In this document: positions 21,719 through 32,073 of the stretch, piece after piece
How positions within the stretch are numbered: the stretch's first letter is position 1
Layout of the letters: each line of letters opens with the position of its first letter
Assembly (NCBI GenBank): GCA_963662335.2
Contig: CAXXVD010000002.1
Coordinates: 352,001-416,000, forward strand
Reading direction: 5' to 3'
DNA from: Chloroflexota bacterium
GTDB taxonomy: Bacteria; Chloroflexota; UBA11872; VXOZ01
DNA length: 64,000 bases
Program-made: the position numbers and the translations under genes
Notes under the pieces: model-generated
The model's input: the letters and a program-made list of their open reading frames with translations, nothing else
What the model was told of the DNA's origin: nothing
The model's database searches: none

Positions 21719-22774
21719 TTATTCCGCTGCCAGGGCGGCGGTCACCTTCTCGGCGGCGTCGGCGGTCACCCACGCCTTCCAGGAGTCGTTGTTCTGCAGC
21801 CACCAGGTGGCCACTTCGGCGTACTCGGCGCCGGACTCGGAGAAGTACACCTCAGCCTGGCGCTGGTTCTCGAAGTTCCAGTCCCACTTGCTGAGCATAT
21901 CCACCACATCCGCGGCGCCATCCTTGATCGAGGTATTGACGGCAATCACCACCTCGGCCACGGGATACGCGCACGCCCGGCTCTCCCAGCACTCCTCGTT
22001 GTACTCCGGCTCTTCCAGGAAGTAGAAGCCGCCGAGTTGAGTCTCAAGCTCGAAGGAGAACGTCGTCGGGCCCCAGTAGTAGAAGAGCACCGGCTCTTCC
22101 TTGAGGAACGCCGCGCGGATTTCGCTCTGCAGCGCCGAGTCCGAACCCGGGTTCACCAGTTCCACCACGTCGCTCAGGCCGTAGGCCTCCACCTGCGCCG
22201 CGTTCACGGCCTCGCACGCCCAGCCGGGAATGCACGTCAGCAGACGCGCCTTGCCGTTGCTGTCCGGCGTCACGAAGATTTCCATGTGGTCCTTCAGGTC
22301 TTGCACCGTGCGCAGGTTGGGGTTCGCGTCCGCGGTATACTGCGGAATGATGAACGCCGACTGCCAGTTGTCCTCCAGGCTCTTGCCCACGACTTCCACC
22401 GAACCCTCGCTCAACGCGGTAACGAAGGCTTCTTCCTGGTTGGGCAGCCAGATTTCCATATTCACGTTGATGTCGCCGGAGCGCAGCGCCACCAGCAACG
22501 GCACCGTGTCGCCGAAGACCGCGTCCGTCTCATAACCGTAGCCGTTTTCCAGGATGTAGCGCGCCACCGCGTTCTGGATCTGGGCGCTATCCCAGCTCAA
22601 GTCGGCAAAGATGATCGTCGGCTTTTCCATCTCTTCCGCGGCCGCTTCTTCGGCCGGCGCCGCCTCGCCCTCATCGGGCGCCACTTGCGCCGTGCCGCAC
22701 GCGCTGAGCGTGAGCATCAAGGCGAGCATGAAGGCCAACATGCCGCCCAGGGTCTGCCACGTTCGTACTTTCAT
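21719..22774 (-). CDS. proX: Glycine betaine/proline-type ABC transporter substrate-binding lipoprotein
   Basis: Lipobox LSAC, WDSA, MEIWLP, CIPGWAC and FYYWGPT. Confidence 0.85.
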   Translation of the reverse strand: MKVRTWQTLGGMLAFMLALMLTLSACGTAQVAPDEGEAAPAEEAAAEEMEKPTIIFADLSWDSAQIQNAVARYILENGYGYETDAVFGDTVPLLVALRSGDINVNMEIWLPNQEEAFVTALSEGSVEVVGKSLEDNWQSAFIIPQYTADANPNLRTVQDLKDHMEIFVTPDSNGKARLLTCIPGWACEAVNAAQVEAYGLSDVVELVNPGSDSALQSEIRAAFLKEEPVLFYYWGPTTFSFELETQLGGFYFLEEPEYNEECWESRACAYPVAEVVIAVNTSIKDGAADVVDMLSKWDWNFENQRQAEVYFSESGAEYAEVATWWLQNNDSWKAWVTADAAEKVTAALAAE

Positions 22775-22868
22775 TGCCTTGGGAACCTCCCACTTCTGTG
22801 TGTAACGGTGTTAAACCAATAATGCCGCATTTTCACTCTGCTGGCAACTGGGCGCGCCGCGAGAGGCG

Positions 22869-23867
22869 CTACACCCGCAAGGACTCTTGCCGGCTCTTGG
22901 CCCAGGCCTGGGTGATGCGGTCGATGACGATTGCCAGGAAGACGATACCCAGTCCGCCCAGCAGCGCCTGGCCCGGCTGCGCGCGGGAGAGCGCCCGCTG
23001 CACGTCTTCGCCCAGGCCGCCGGCGCCGACCAGCGAGGCAATCACCATCATCGCCAGCGCCATCATCGTGGTCTGGTTGATGCCGGCCATGATCGTCGGC
23101 ATCGCCATGGGCAGTTGCACCTTGAAGAGCAGTTGGCGGGGGGTAGTGCCAAAGGAGCGGGCCGCTTCCACCACCTGCGGGCTGACTTCCCGGATGCCGA
23201 GGCTGGTGAAGCGAATCGTCGGCGGCGCGGCGTAGATGATGGTGGCAAAGACCGCCGGCACGTTGCCAATGCCGAAGAACATCACTACCGGCACTAGGTA
23301 GACGAACGAGGGCATGGTCTGCATGCCGTCCAGCAGGGGCTTGAGCACGGCGTCGAACGTGTTGCTGCGGGCGGCCAACACCCCAATCGGGATGCCCACG
23401 ACGATGGAGAGGAAAACCGAAACCACGATGAGCGCCATGGTCTCCATCGCGCTTTCCCACAGGCCGAAGACGCCGGTTGTGAGCAGGGCGACCGCGCCGA
23501 AGGCGGCAAACTTCCAACCGACCGTCGCCCACGCGATCGCGGCGACGCCGACGATGACAACCGGCCAGGGCGTCCAGAGAAACGCCGTCTCGATCAACAG
23601 CAGGAAACGCAGCACCGCGTCCGAAACCAGGTCGAACGCCGGCCCCCAGGCGACGGTGACGGTCTGCACCCCATCATTGATCCAGCGGCTGATGCCGCGA
23701 CTCCAATCCAGGGGGAACGCGGTCCTGGGGCCCCAGACCACCAGCGTCACGACGAAGAGGGCGGCGAGACCGGCCAGCACCAACGCGCCCTTAGGGGGCA
23801 GGTTAATGCCGCGCGCGGCCTGGCGGCCTTCGCCCGTCTCTTCCTTAGTTTGGGTCGTTACGGCCAT
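22869..23867 (-). CDS. proW: Glycine betaine/proline ABC transporter permease
   Basis: LDGMQTMPSFVYLVP, EAARSFG and MAGINQTTMMAL. Confidence 0.92.
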   Translation of the reverse strand: MAVTTQTKEETGEGRQAARGINLPPKGALVLAGLAALFVVTLVVWGPRTAFPLDWSRGISRWINDGVQTVTVAWGPAFDLVSDAVLRFLLLIETAFLWTPWPVVIVGVAAIAWATVGWKFAAFGAVALLTTGVFGLWESAMETMALIVVSVFLSIVVGIPIGVLAARSNTFDAVLKPLLDGMQTMPSFVYLVPVVMFFGIGNVPAVFATIIYAAPPTIRFTSLGIREVSPQVVEAARSFGTTPRQLLFKVQLPMAMPTIMAGINQTTMMALAMMVIASLVGAGGLGEDVQRALSRAQPGQALLGGLGIVFLAIVIDRITQAWAKSRQESLRV

Positions 23868-23879
23868 GATACCCTTCGG

Positions 23880-25130
23880 CTAAACGCCGGCCTCCTCGTG
23901 CACTTCGGCAAACACGGTTTCGGCCAGCGCGTCGCGCTCAACCGTGCCCACCAGGCGTTCTTCTTCGTCCACCACGGGAATGCTGCCCTCTTGTGACCAA
24001 GCCTGGGAGAGGGCCTCCTCGATGCACTGCCCGGCGGCAACCGGCTCGCAGCGCCGCTCGATCACGCTCTCGATCGTGTCGTCGCCGTTGGCGGCGGCCT
24101 GGCTCGCGTCGTCGCGGCTGATTTCGCCCTCGTACGCGCCGTCCTGGGCCGCGACGAACGCGGCATCGGCGCCGGCAGACTCCAATGCGGCCAACGCCTC
24201 CGCCGGCGCCGCCTCGCTATCCACCTGTACCGCGCACTCATCCATCATATAGCCCACGGTGACCACCGACGAGGTGCGCACGTCCCGCGTAAAGTCGGCC
24301 ACGTAGTCGTCGGCCGGGTTCGCCATGATCTCTTCCGGCGTGCCAATCTGCACCACGGCGCCGTCGCGCATGATGGCGATGCGGCTGCCCAGCTTGGTGG
24401 CTTCCACCAGGTCGTGGGTGATGAAGATGATGGTCTTGTGCATCTGCTCCTGCAGGCGGATGAGTTCGTTCTGCATGTCCCGCCGGATGAGGGGATCCAG
24501 CGCGCTGAACGGCTCGTCCATCAGCAGGATTTCCGGGTCGCACGCCAACGCCCGCGCCAGGCCGACGCGCTGCTGCATGCCGCCGCTGAGCGCCGCCGGG
24601 CGGTAGTCCTCCCAGCCTTCCAGGCCGACGATGCGCAGCACCTCGGCCGCCCGCGAGCGGCGCTCTTCCACCGGCACGCCCTGCACTTCCAAACCCCAGG
24701 CCGCGTTGTCGATCACCGTGCGGTGCGGCAGCAGGCCAAAATACTGGAACACCATGCCCGTCTTCTGCCGCCGCGCCTGCGTAAGCTCTTCGTCGCTGTA
24801 CTGGAGGACGTCCTCGCCGTCGATGACCACCTCGCCGGCCGTGGGCTCGATGAGCCGGATGAGACAGCGCACCAACGTGGACTTGCCGCTGCCGGAAAGG
24901 CCCATCACCACGAAGGTCTCGCCCTGACGCACGTCGAAACTCACGTCGTGCAAGGCGAGCACCGAATCCAGATCGTCCTGCACCTCGTTCTTCGTCTTGC
25001 CCGCCAGCGTCTCCGCCACGTCGGGACCGGCGGCCGGGCCGAACACTTTCCACACGCCCCGCACGCTGACCCGCACCTGGCCGTTCGCCTGCGGCGTAAA
25101 CGCAGGCTCCCCTGCTTGCGCTGCTGCCAT
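23880..25130 (-). CDS. proV: Glycine betaine/proline ABC transporter ATP-binding protein with CBS domains
   Basis: GLSGSGKST, LSGGMQQRVGLARAL, DEPFSALDPLIR and a C-terminal CBS pair. Confidence 0.93.
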   Translation of the reverse strand: MAAAQAGEPAFTPQANGQVRVSVRGVWKVFGPAAGPDVAETLAGKTKNEVQDDLDSVLALHDVSFDVRQGETFVVMGLSGSGKSTLVRCLIRLIEPTAGEVVIDGEDVLQYSDEELTQARRQKTGMVFQYFGLLPHRTVIDNAAWGLEVQGVPVEERRSRAAEVLRIVGLEGWEDYRPAALSGGMQQRVGLARALACDPEILLMDEPFSALDPLIRRDMQNELIRLQEQMHKTIIFITHDLVEATKLGSRIAIMRDGAVVQIGTPEEIMANPADDYVADFTRDVRTSSVVTVGYMMDECAVQVDSEAAPAEALAALESAGADAAFVAAQDGAYEGEISRDDASQAAANGDDTIESVIERRCEPVAAGQCIEEALSQAWSQEGSIPVVDEEERLVGTVERDALAETVFAEVHEEAGV

Positions 25131-25279
25131 GGCTTCGCTCTCTTCCTTGCCCGGGCATTCCCCACAGGCTGCCGGGGACGGCGGCGCTCCCAGGCCTGCG
25201 CGCCGCCCGCACCTTAAAACAACCCACGTTAGGGTACCAAGCTAAGGCGTCGAGCGCAAGCCGCCGCGGCAACAGCAGT

Positions 25280-25436
25280 CTAGCGCTTGTAGTCCTTGCG
25301 GAGTGTCGGTTGCATCATGGCAGGCAGCGAACGAAGCAGCGGGGCAGACAGCGGATCCTGTCATTCCGAGCGCAGCGAGGAATCTACGTGGCCCCCGGCT
25401 CTAGATTCTTCGTCGCTGCGCTCCTCAGAATGACAG
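25280..25436. repeat. Palindromic element (GTCATTCCGAGCG family), left copy of a direct-repeat pair
   Basis: CTAGCGCTTGTAGTC...TGTCATTCCGAGCGCAGCGAGGAATCTACGTG...AGATTCTTCGTCGCTGCGCTCCTCAGAATGACAG. Confidence 0.85.
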
Positions 25437-25654
25437 TAGGTTCTTGACTTGAAACTACAGTAGTTGCTTGACTTGAAACGTGAGATGAACACGCATCATC
25501 GCTTTGGCCACCTTTAGCCCAACTCCGCTGTCTGCGCGCCGTTGCGCCACCACCATTGACCGCCGCGCGCCATTGGGGTCATACTGGTGATTGGCGATAC
25601 TTTGGCAATGCGAAAGCCACAGACCCAACCACACAACCGGCAAGGAGGCACGCC

Positions 25655-25891
25655 ATGGCCGCGAAACACCGCCTGAGCATCGAATACTGCACCTCGTGAG
25701 GCTACCTGCCAAAAGCCGTCAGTTTGACGGAAAGAGTGCTGAGCGAGTACGAATTCAACCTGGCAAGCCTGGAACTCATCCCCGGCGGCGGCGGCGCCTT
25801 CGAGGTCACCCTTGATGACACCGTCATCTTCTCCAAACACCAACAAGGCCGCTTCCCCGAACACGACGAGGTGCTGCGCCACCTGAACTAA
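25655..25891 (+). CDS. SelW/SelT/SelH (Rdx) family selenoprotein, CxxU motif (not in ORF track)
   Basis: AAGGAGG RBS. Translation MAAKHRLSIEYCTS-U(TGA 25697-25699)-GYLPKAVSLTERVLSEYEFNLASLELIPGGGGAFEVTLDDTVIFSKHQQGRFPEHDEVLRHLN*. Confidence 0.92.
25716..25730 (+). promoter_or_regulatory. Putative bacterial SECIS hairpin
   Basis: CCGTCA-GTT-TGACGG is a perfect stem with G in the apical loop, starting 16 nt after the in-frame TGA. Confidence 0.7.
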
Positions 25892-25926
25892 GGGCCTGTT
25901 TGAACTCGCTTTGTCTGCATGAGCAA

Positions 25927-25994
25927 CGTTCGCCCTGAGCTTGTCGAAGGGTGAACGTTGCCGCATAGCCGTTCGCGCTGAGCCTGTCGAAGCG
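25927..25994. repeat. Two CGTTCG..CTGAGC(C/T)TGTCGAAG palindromic repeats
   Basis: Same family as the copies at about 19338, 19558, 28060, 39847, 41030, 41160, 41330 and 58628. Confidence 0.8.
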
Positions 25995-26043
25995 CGTACA
26001 GTTTTCGTGGGACGCGCAGTTCCTTTGATGGAATAGGTTGCCA

Positions 26044-27796
26044 ATGACGTTTAGCGACGACGACATCGAGCGTCAACTGCAACTAGGCGAGGACAGCGCG
26101 TGGGAATTCAAGGCAGTCGCGTTTGCCGGCAACCAACCGAAGAGCCCTGAGCGCGCGGACTGGGCGGACGAAGTCGCCGCTTTTGCCAATGCGAACGGCG
26201 GTATGCTGCTCTGCGGCGCTACTGACGAGGGCGACGTGCAGGACATGTCGCGCGCGCAGATCGTCGCGTTGGACGCATTGCTCGTCGAGGTCAGTTCCGA
26301 CTCGGTCCGGCCGGCCGTGCGCATCCGCACGTACCACCGGCAACTCCCAAGCGGCAAGCGCCTGCTGCTGGTCGAGGCGCCTGAGGGCGAGGCGCAGCAC
26401 GACAGCCCCGGCGGCAGCTACGTGCGGGTGGGCGGCTCCAAGCGCAGGATGACAAGCGATGAGCGGCTGCGCTTGGCGCAGCGGCGCGGACAGGCGCGGT
26501 TCTCGTCATTCGATGAGCAGACCGTCCACAGTACCGGCTTCAAGACGCTGGACGAATCGCTGTGGAAGCCCCTCCTGAGCGCGGAAGGCGCGGCGCGGCC
26601 TGAGTTGGCGCTCGAGAAGCTGGCGCTGCTGGCCGCCGACGAGGCCGGGGTGCTGCGCGCCACGGTAGCCGGCGTGCTGCTGTGCGCCCCAAACCCCGAG
26701 CACTGGCTCCCCAACGCCTGCATCACGGCAACGCGCTACCGGGGCAGCGACCGCGCTTCCGGGCAGCTTGACGCGCAAGAGATCACCGGCCCCCTCAATC
26801 GGCAAATCGCCGAGGCGATGGCGTTTGCCGTACGCAACATGAGCGTCGCGGCCCGCAAGCAGCCGGCGCGCGTAGACATCCCGCAGTACAGCCAGAAGGC
26901 GCTCTTCGAGGCGCTCGTCAACGCCGTGGCGCACCGCGACTATTCGATACGCGGCAGCAAGATTCGCCTTTCGCTCTTCCAAGACCGCCTGGAGATTCAC
27001 ACGCCGGGCTCATTGCCAAACAACCTCACGGTGGAGAGCATGGCGGAGCGGCAAGCAACCCGCAACCAGGCGCTGACCTCGGTGCTGGCGCGCATGGCGG
27101 TTGGGGGGCATGAGCGGCGCGGAGGAAAAACAGTACTTCATGGAACGGCGCGGCCACGGCGTGCCGATCATCCTGCGCGAAACGCGGGAACTCTCCGGCA
27201 AGCTGCCTGAATACCGCGTGATCGACGACGCCGAGGTGCGCCTCACCATCCCAGCGGCAGCGCAGGAGCACAGCCCGGCCCGCGCCGTCATCACGGTGCG
27301 GTCCGCGGGACGGCCCCTGCCCGGCGCGGACCTGCTGGCGCTCTACCCCAATGCGACCTGGCAACGCGGGACGACGGACGAAAACGGTGAGGCGGCCGTA
27401 GACCTGCACACGACCCACCTTCCCCTGACCGTCTTCGCCGCCGCGCCCGGCCACGCCGCCCATCTGGAACGCGAGTGGCTGCCGAGCCAAGGGGCGCTGG
27501 CGCTGGAACTGCACGCTATCGCGGGCGGCAGCGTCATCTTCCCGGAGGCCGCCGGCGCCGTGCCGGGCATCGAAGGCCGGCTCAATCCCATCCGCGATGC
27601 CTTCGACCGCACGTATCTCTACGCCGCCAACGTCGCCATAAACCGGGGCAAGCCGCAGCCGGTCAATTTCATCCCCGGTGAAGGTCTGCTGTTGACAGAC
27701 GCCAGAGGTCACGATTGCGTGGTGCGGATTATTGCCATCGTCGGCAGAGCGGCGCTTGTGGAATATCGTCCCTATCCGGCGCGAGACGACATATAG
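26044..27796 (+). pseudogene. AlbA_2/Schlafen-like N-domain plus HATPase_c_4 (RecG-C-like) protein with C-terminal extension, split by a frameshift
   Basis: GEDSAWEFK, AFANANGG.LL.G, EALVNAVAHRDY and PGSLPN..RN. Removing one G from GGGGGG (27103-27108) joins it to MERRGHGVPII and on to the stop at 27796. Confidence 0.8.
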
Positions 27797-27857
27797 CAAT
27801 TGCTACACTAAGAGTCCGCTGGACGTGAGATCGGTAACTGCTCCAACTCCTAGCGAC

Positions 27858-27982
27858 CTAGGCTTGTAGTCTTTGCAAGGCGCCGGCTCCTGTCATTCCG
27901 AGCGCAGCGTCGAACAGTGTTCGCGGAATCTACGTGACTCCCGACTTCAGATTCTTCGTCGCTGCGCTCCTCAGAATGACAG
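27858..27982. repeat. Palindromic element, right copy of the direct-repeat pair
   Basis: CTAGGCTTGTAGTC...TGTCATTCCGAGCGCAGCG...GGAATCTACGTG...AGATTCTTCGTCGCTGCGCTCCTCAGAATGACAG. Confidence 0.85.
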
Positions 27983-28057
27983 ATGAGAAGTAGCTAAGAC
28001 CTGGGGGCGGTTACGGTCTGGGGTTGGTCACTCTAACTCCAAAGCAGCTATTTCCGG

Positions 28058-28330
28058 TGCTTCGACAGGCTCAGCGCGAACGGAACTGGAGCGGGGAACA
28101 TGTCCCCAGTGGTGTCGCACAGAGTTGTAAGAGCGTCACGAGGATGCCTTTGCGCAGTCTGTGAAAAGGCTAGGGGCACGACATGTCGTGCCCCTAGCCG
28201 CCATGCTTGATTTTCGAGGCCCTTGACGGCGCGTAGCCGTCGCTCTTTACGGCGCGGCGGTTTGCGTGACACCGTTCGACAAGCCCCCGCGCTACGCGTT
28301 GCAGAAGCGGGGGACAAGCCCCCGCGCTAC
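28058..28330. repeat. Cluster of REP-like palindromes from three families
   Basis: CTTCGACAGGCTCAGCGCGAACGG (about 28060), CTAGGGGCACGACATGTCGTGCCCCTAG (about 28170) and GTAG-REP copies at 28278 and 28307. Confidence 0.85.
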
Positions 28331-28361
28331 GGTGTGGGCGGGCAATGCCGTTGTGGGATTC

Positions 28362-28391
28362 TTGAAAAGGTAGCGCCCGCTCCGCTATAGT
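28362..28391 (+). promoter_or_regulatory. Putative sigma70 promoter for pnp
   Basis: TTGAAA-18 nt-TATAGT. Confidence 0.5.
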
Positions 28392-28487
28392 GGGAGTTGG
28401 AAGACTGCGTGATCTTCCGCAATACACATTTCACATTGCGCGTTGAGCGCCGGCCACCGGCTTGTCCGACCGACACGCAGCGGACAG

Positions 28488-28643
28488 GGTTAGTGTTTTG
28501 TGACTAGCACATGCCGTTTCACAGCGGCGGTGTTAGCGGGAAGTCAGGGCCATTTCGCAGCGGCGCTCGCCATCACCGGCGAGTCGTGTTGCGGCGATTG
28601 TGCGAATTCCTCTCCAGGAAACGGCATCTGCTAGTCACTAACC
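28488..28643 (+). promoter_or_regulatory. Long structured pnp 5' leader (probable RNase III-type stem)
   Basis: GTGACTAGCACATGCCGTTTC (28500-28520) pairs with GAAACGGCATCTGCTAGTCAC (28618-28638) with one mismatch, extended by GGTTA/TAACC. Confidence 0.7.
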
Positions 28644-28688
28644 ACGCGGCGGTGCGGGGCGGAGCGCGGGAAGGATCTTGTTCGGAGC

Positions 28689-31001
28689 ATGATTCACAAG
28701 GTAGAGGCGAACCACGCCGGTCGTACGCTCAGCATCGAGACCGGACGGTTTGCCGAGCAGGCCAGCGGCAGCGTCACCATCCGCTGCGGCGACGCGATTC
28801 TCCTGGTCACGGTCGTTGGCGACAAACCCCGCGAGGGCATCGACTTCTTTCCCCTCTCGGTTGACGTGGAAGAGAAGTACTACGCCGTGGGCCGCATTCC
28901 CGGCGGCTACCTGCGGCGCGAGGGCCGGCCCAGCGACGATTGCGTGCTGGCGGCGCGGCTCTGCGACCGCCCGTTGCGGCCGCTCTTTCCCAAGGACTAC
29001 CGCAACGAGGTGCAGGTGATCATCACCATCCTCAGCGCCGATCAGGAGAACGCCACGGACGTGATGGGCATCGTCGGCGCGTCGGCGGCGCTCTGCATCT
29101 CGGACATTCCCTTTGGCGGGCCGGTGGGCGCGGTGCGCGTGGGGCGCATAAACGGCGAGTTCGTCATCAATCCGCTTATGTCCCAATTCGCCGAGAGCGA
29201 CCTCGACCTGGTCATCGCCGGCACCCGCGACGCGGTGATGATGGTGGAAGCCGAGGCGGGACAATTGCCCGAGACCGAGATGCTTGCTGCCCTGGAGCGC
29301 GGGCACGAGGCCCTGCAAGAGACCATCGCCATGCAGGAAGAGCTGATCAGCAAGATCAGCAAAGCCAAGCACGAGTACGTTCCCCACGGCCCGCCGGACG
29401 ACCTGGTGGCCCAGGTGAAGGCGCAGGTGGCGGATAAAGTGGCCGCCGCGTTCGGCCAGGCGGACAAAGCGGCGCGGGAAGAGCAGCTTAGCGCGGTGAA
29501 GGCCGAGACCGTGGCCCAACTGGGCGCGGAGCACGGCGAAGAGCACGTGGCAGACGCGGTGCAATCCGCGGTCAAGGCGCACGTGCGCAGCGAAATCCTG
29601 CAGGAAGGCAAGCGCCCGGACGGACGCGCCCCGGCGGACCTCCGCTCGCTCTCCGCCGAGGTGGGCGTGCTGCCCCGCACCCACGGCACCGGCCTCTTCC
29701 AGCGCGGCCAGACCCAGGTGCTGAGCATCACCACGCTCGGTTCCATGGGCGACGCGCAGCCCCTCTACGGCCTGGAACTGGCCGATTCCAAGCCGTTCAT
29801 CCATCACTACAACTTCCCGCCGTTCAGCACCGGCGAGGCTGGCCGGCTGGGTTCCCCCCGGCGGCGCGAAATCGGACACGGCCGCCTGGCCGAGCGCGCC
29901 GTGGCCCAGGTGCTGCCCGCGCAAGAGGATTTTCCCTACACCATTCGCGTGGTCTCCGAGGTGCTCTCGTCCAACGGCTCCACCAGCATGGCGTCCACCT
30001 GCGGCAGTTCGCTGGCGCTGATGGACGCCGGCGTGCCGCTGCAAGCGCCGGTGGGCGGCATCGCCATGGGCCTGGTGCTCGGCGATGAGGGTGAGTACGC
30101 CATTTTGACCGACATCCAGGGCATCGAGGACGCCCTGGGCGACATGGACTTCAAGGTGGCCGGCACCACCAAGGGCGTCACTGCCTTGCAGATGGACATC
30201 AAGGTGTCGGGGATTACGTTCAGCATCATGGAGCAGGCGCTGGCCCAGGCGCGGGACGCCCGCCTGGAAGTGCTGCGCGTGATGGGCGAGGCGCTGGCCG
30301 AACCGCGCACGGAACTTTCCGATTACGCGCCGCGCCTGGTATCGATCAAGATCAACCCGGAGAAGATCGGCGAGGTGATCGGCCCCGGCGGCAAGATGAT
30401 CCGCAAGATCCAGGAAGAGACCGAATCGAAGATCGACATCGCGGAAGACGGCACTATCGTCATCACCGGCGAGTCGAAAGAAGGCGTCGATCAGGCGGCG
30501 GAGACCATCCGCAACATGACGACCGAACTCGAGGTCGGCGCGATCTTCACCGGCACGGTCTCGCGCATCATGAACGCCGGCGTCTTCGTGCACCTGCCGG
30601 ACGGACGGCGCGAAGGGCTGGTGCGCATGAGCGAACTGGCGGAAGACTACGTGGAACGCGCCGAGGACGTGGCCGACATTGGTGACGAGATCATGGTGAT
30701 GGTGGTCGAGATCGATTACCAGGGCCGGGTAAATCTCTCCCGCCGCGCGGTGCTGGAAGGGACGAATCCCGCCGACCTGCCGAGCGGCGGCGGCCGCGGC
30801 GAGCGCGGCGGCTACAATCGGGGACGGGGCGGCCCGCCGGACCGGCGCGGCGGTCCGCCGCGCGGCGGCCGGGGCCCCCGGCGCTACGACCGGGAACGCG
30901 CGCCGGCAGCGTCGGAGCGCGGGCGCGAGGGCGGCGGCGACCGCGACTCGGCACAGAGCGACGGCGGCGGCTCTTCCCAAAGTTCCGGCAGAAAGTGGTA
31001 G
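28689..31001 (+). CDS. pnp: Polyribonucleotide nucleotidyltransferase (PNPase)
   Basis: [36 protein letters not shown] and S1 domains. Confidence 0.98.
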   Translation: MIHKVEANHAGRTLSIETGRFAEQASGSVTIRCGDAILLVTVVGDKPREGIDFFPLSVDVEEKYYAVGRIPGGYLRREGRPSDDCVLAARLCDRPLRPLFPKDYRNEVQVIITILSADQENATDVMGIVGASAALCISDIPFGGPVGAVRVGRINGEFVINPLMSQFAESDLDLVIAGTRDAVMMVEAEAGQLPETEMLAALERGHEALQETIAMQEELISKISKAKHEYVPHGPPDDLVAQVKAQVADKVAAAFGQADKAAREEQLSAVKAETVAQLGAEHGEEHVADAVQSAVKAHVRSEILQEGKRPDGRAPADLRSLSAEVGVLPRTHGTGLFQRGQTQVLSITTLGSMGDAQPLYGLELADSKPFIHHYNFPPFSTGEAGRLGSPRRREIGHGRLAERAVAQVLPAQEDFPYTIRVVSEVLSSNGSTSMASTCGSSLALMDAGVPLQAPVGGIAMGLVLGDEGEYAILTDIQGIEDALGDMDFKVAGTTKGVTALQMDIKVSGITFSIMEQALAQARDARLEVLRVMGEALAEPRTELSDYAPRLVSIKINPEKIGEVIGPGGKMIRKIQEETESKIDIAEDGTIVITGESKEGVDQAAETIRNMTTELEVGAIFTGTVSRIMNAGVFVHLPDGRREGLVRMSELAEDYVERAEDVADIGDEIMVMVVEIDYQGRVNLSRRAVLEGTNPADLPSGGGRGERGGYNRGRGGPPDRRGGPPRGGRGPRRYDRERAPAASERGREGGGDRDSAQSDGGGSSQSSGRKW

Positions 31002-31008
31002 GCGTCTC

Positions 31009-31821
31009 ATGGCAGCAACGGGCGCAGCACCCCTCCGCGTAGCCGTTTTCGGCGTCTTTGGGCGCGTGGGAACCACCGTCGCGAACGCGGTGGCGCGGGA
31101 GGACGACCTCACGCTGGTCGGCGGCGCGGACGTAATTGCCGCCGATGGCGGCTTCACCACCGCAACGGGTGACACGGTAGCCGCGTATACGAACGTGCCG
31201 GCGTTGCTGGCAGACGCCACGCCCGACGTCGTAATCGACTTCACCCGCGCCGACGCCGCGCGGGTGAACGTGCGCGCGGCCCTGGAGCGCGGAGTCCACG
31301 CCGTGGTCGGCACGACCGGCATGGAACTAGCCGAAATCGAAGAGTTGGGAGAAGTGGCTGCCGCCAACGATCTCGGTCTGGTGGTGGCCCCCAACTTTGC
31401 GCTGACGGCCGTGCTGATGATGCACGTGAGCAAGCTCATCGGCAAATACATGGACTACTGCGACATCGTGGAGTACCACCACGAGCGCAAGATCGACGCG
31501 CCGTCCGGCACCGCGCTGCAGAGCGCCATCGACATTCGCGCGGCGCGGGGCCGCGACTTTATCTCCGCGCCAACGGAGAAGGAGACGCTGGCCGGCACCC
31601 GCGGCGGCGTGCACGGCGGCATCAACGTCCACGCGGCGCGGCTGCCCGGCATGGTGGCCCACCAGCAGGTGATCTTTGGCGGCCTGGGGCAGACCCTCAC
31701 CATCCGCCAGGACTCCACCAGCACGGAGTCGTTCGTGCCCGGCGTCCTCATGGCGGTGCGCGCGGTACCAAACTTGAAGGGCCTCACCTACGGCCTGGAC
31801 GCGCTATTGGGCCTGGAGTAG
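31009..31821 (+). CDS. dapB: 4-hydroxy-tetrahydrodipicolinate reductase
   Basis: IDFT, VVGTTG, APNF and EYHHERKIDAPSGTA. Confidence 0.96.
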   Translation: MAATGAAPLRVAVFGVFGRVGTTVANAVAREDDLTLVGGADVIAADGGFTTATGDTVAAYTNVPALLADATPDVVIDFTRADAARVNVRAALERGVHAVVGTTGMELAEIEELGEVAAANDLGLVVAPNFALTAVLMMHVSKLIGKYMDYCDIVEYHHERKIDAPSGTALQSAIDIRAARGRDFISAPTEKETLAGTRGGVHGGINVHAARLPGMVAHQQVIFGGLGQTLTIRQDSTSTESFVPGVLMAVRAVPNLKGLTYGLDALLGLE

Positions 31822-31882
31822 ACGCGCCGCAGGCACGGGCATTGACGGCAGCGCAGATTGAGAACTGAACATTTGCGTCACC

Positions 31883-32014
31883 AGTAGCACAGGTTGCAAA
31901 CCTGTGCTACTGTTGTATTGACAGCGCGGCGTAGCGCGGGGGCTTGTACTCCATTGACCGTCATTCCCGCGCACGCGGGAATGACGAGCGGTAGCGCGGG
32001 GGCTTGTCCCCCGC
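31883..32014. repeat. Mosaic of REP-like palindromes
   Basis: GTAGCACAGGTTGCAAACCTGTGCTAC, GTAG-REP copies at 31931 and 31991, and CGTCATTCCCGCGCACGCGGGAATGACG (31959-31986). Confidence 0.88.
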
Positions 32015-32073
32015 CTCTTCCCGCGCGTTGTAGAGGCCCCGCGGGCCGCTAGGATTGCAGAGGAGCGCAGGAC

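Noticed and set aside
25514-26044. 176-aa minus-strand ORF and 74-aa plus-strand ORF at the selenoprotein locus
   Set aside because: Better explained by the TGA-readthrough Rdx gene plus repeats.
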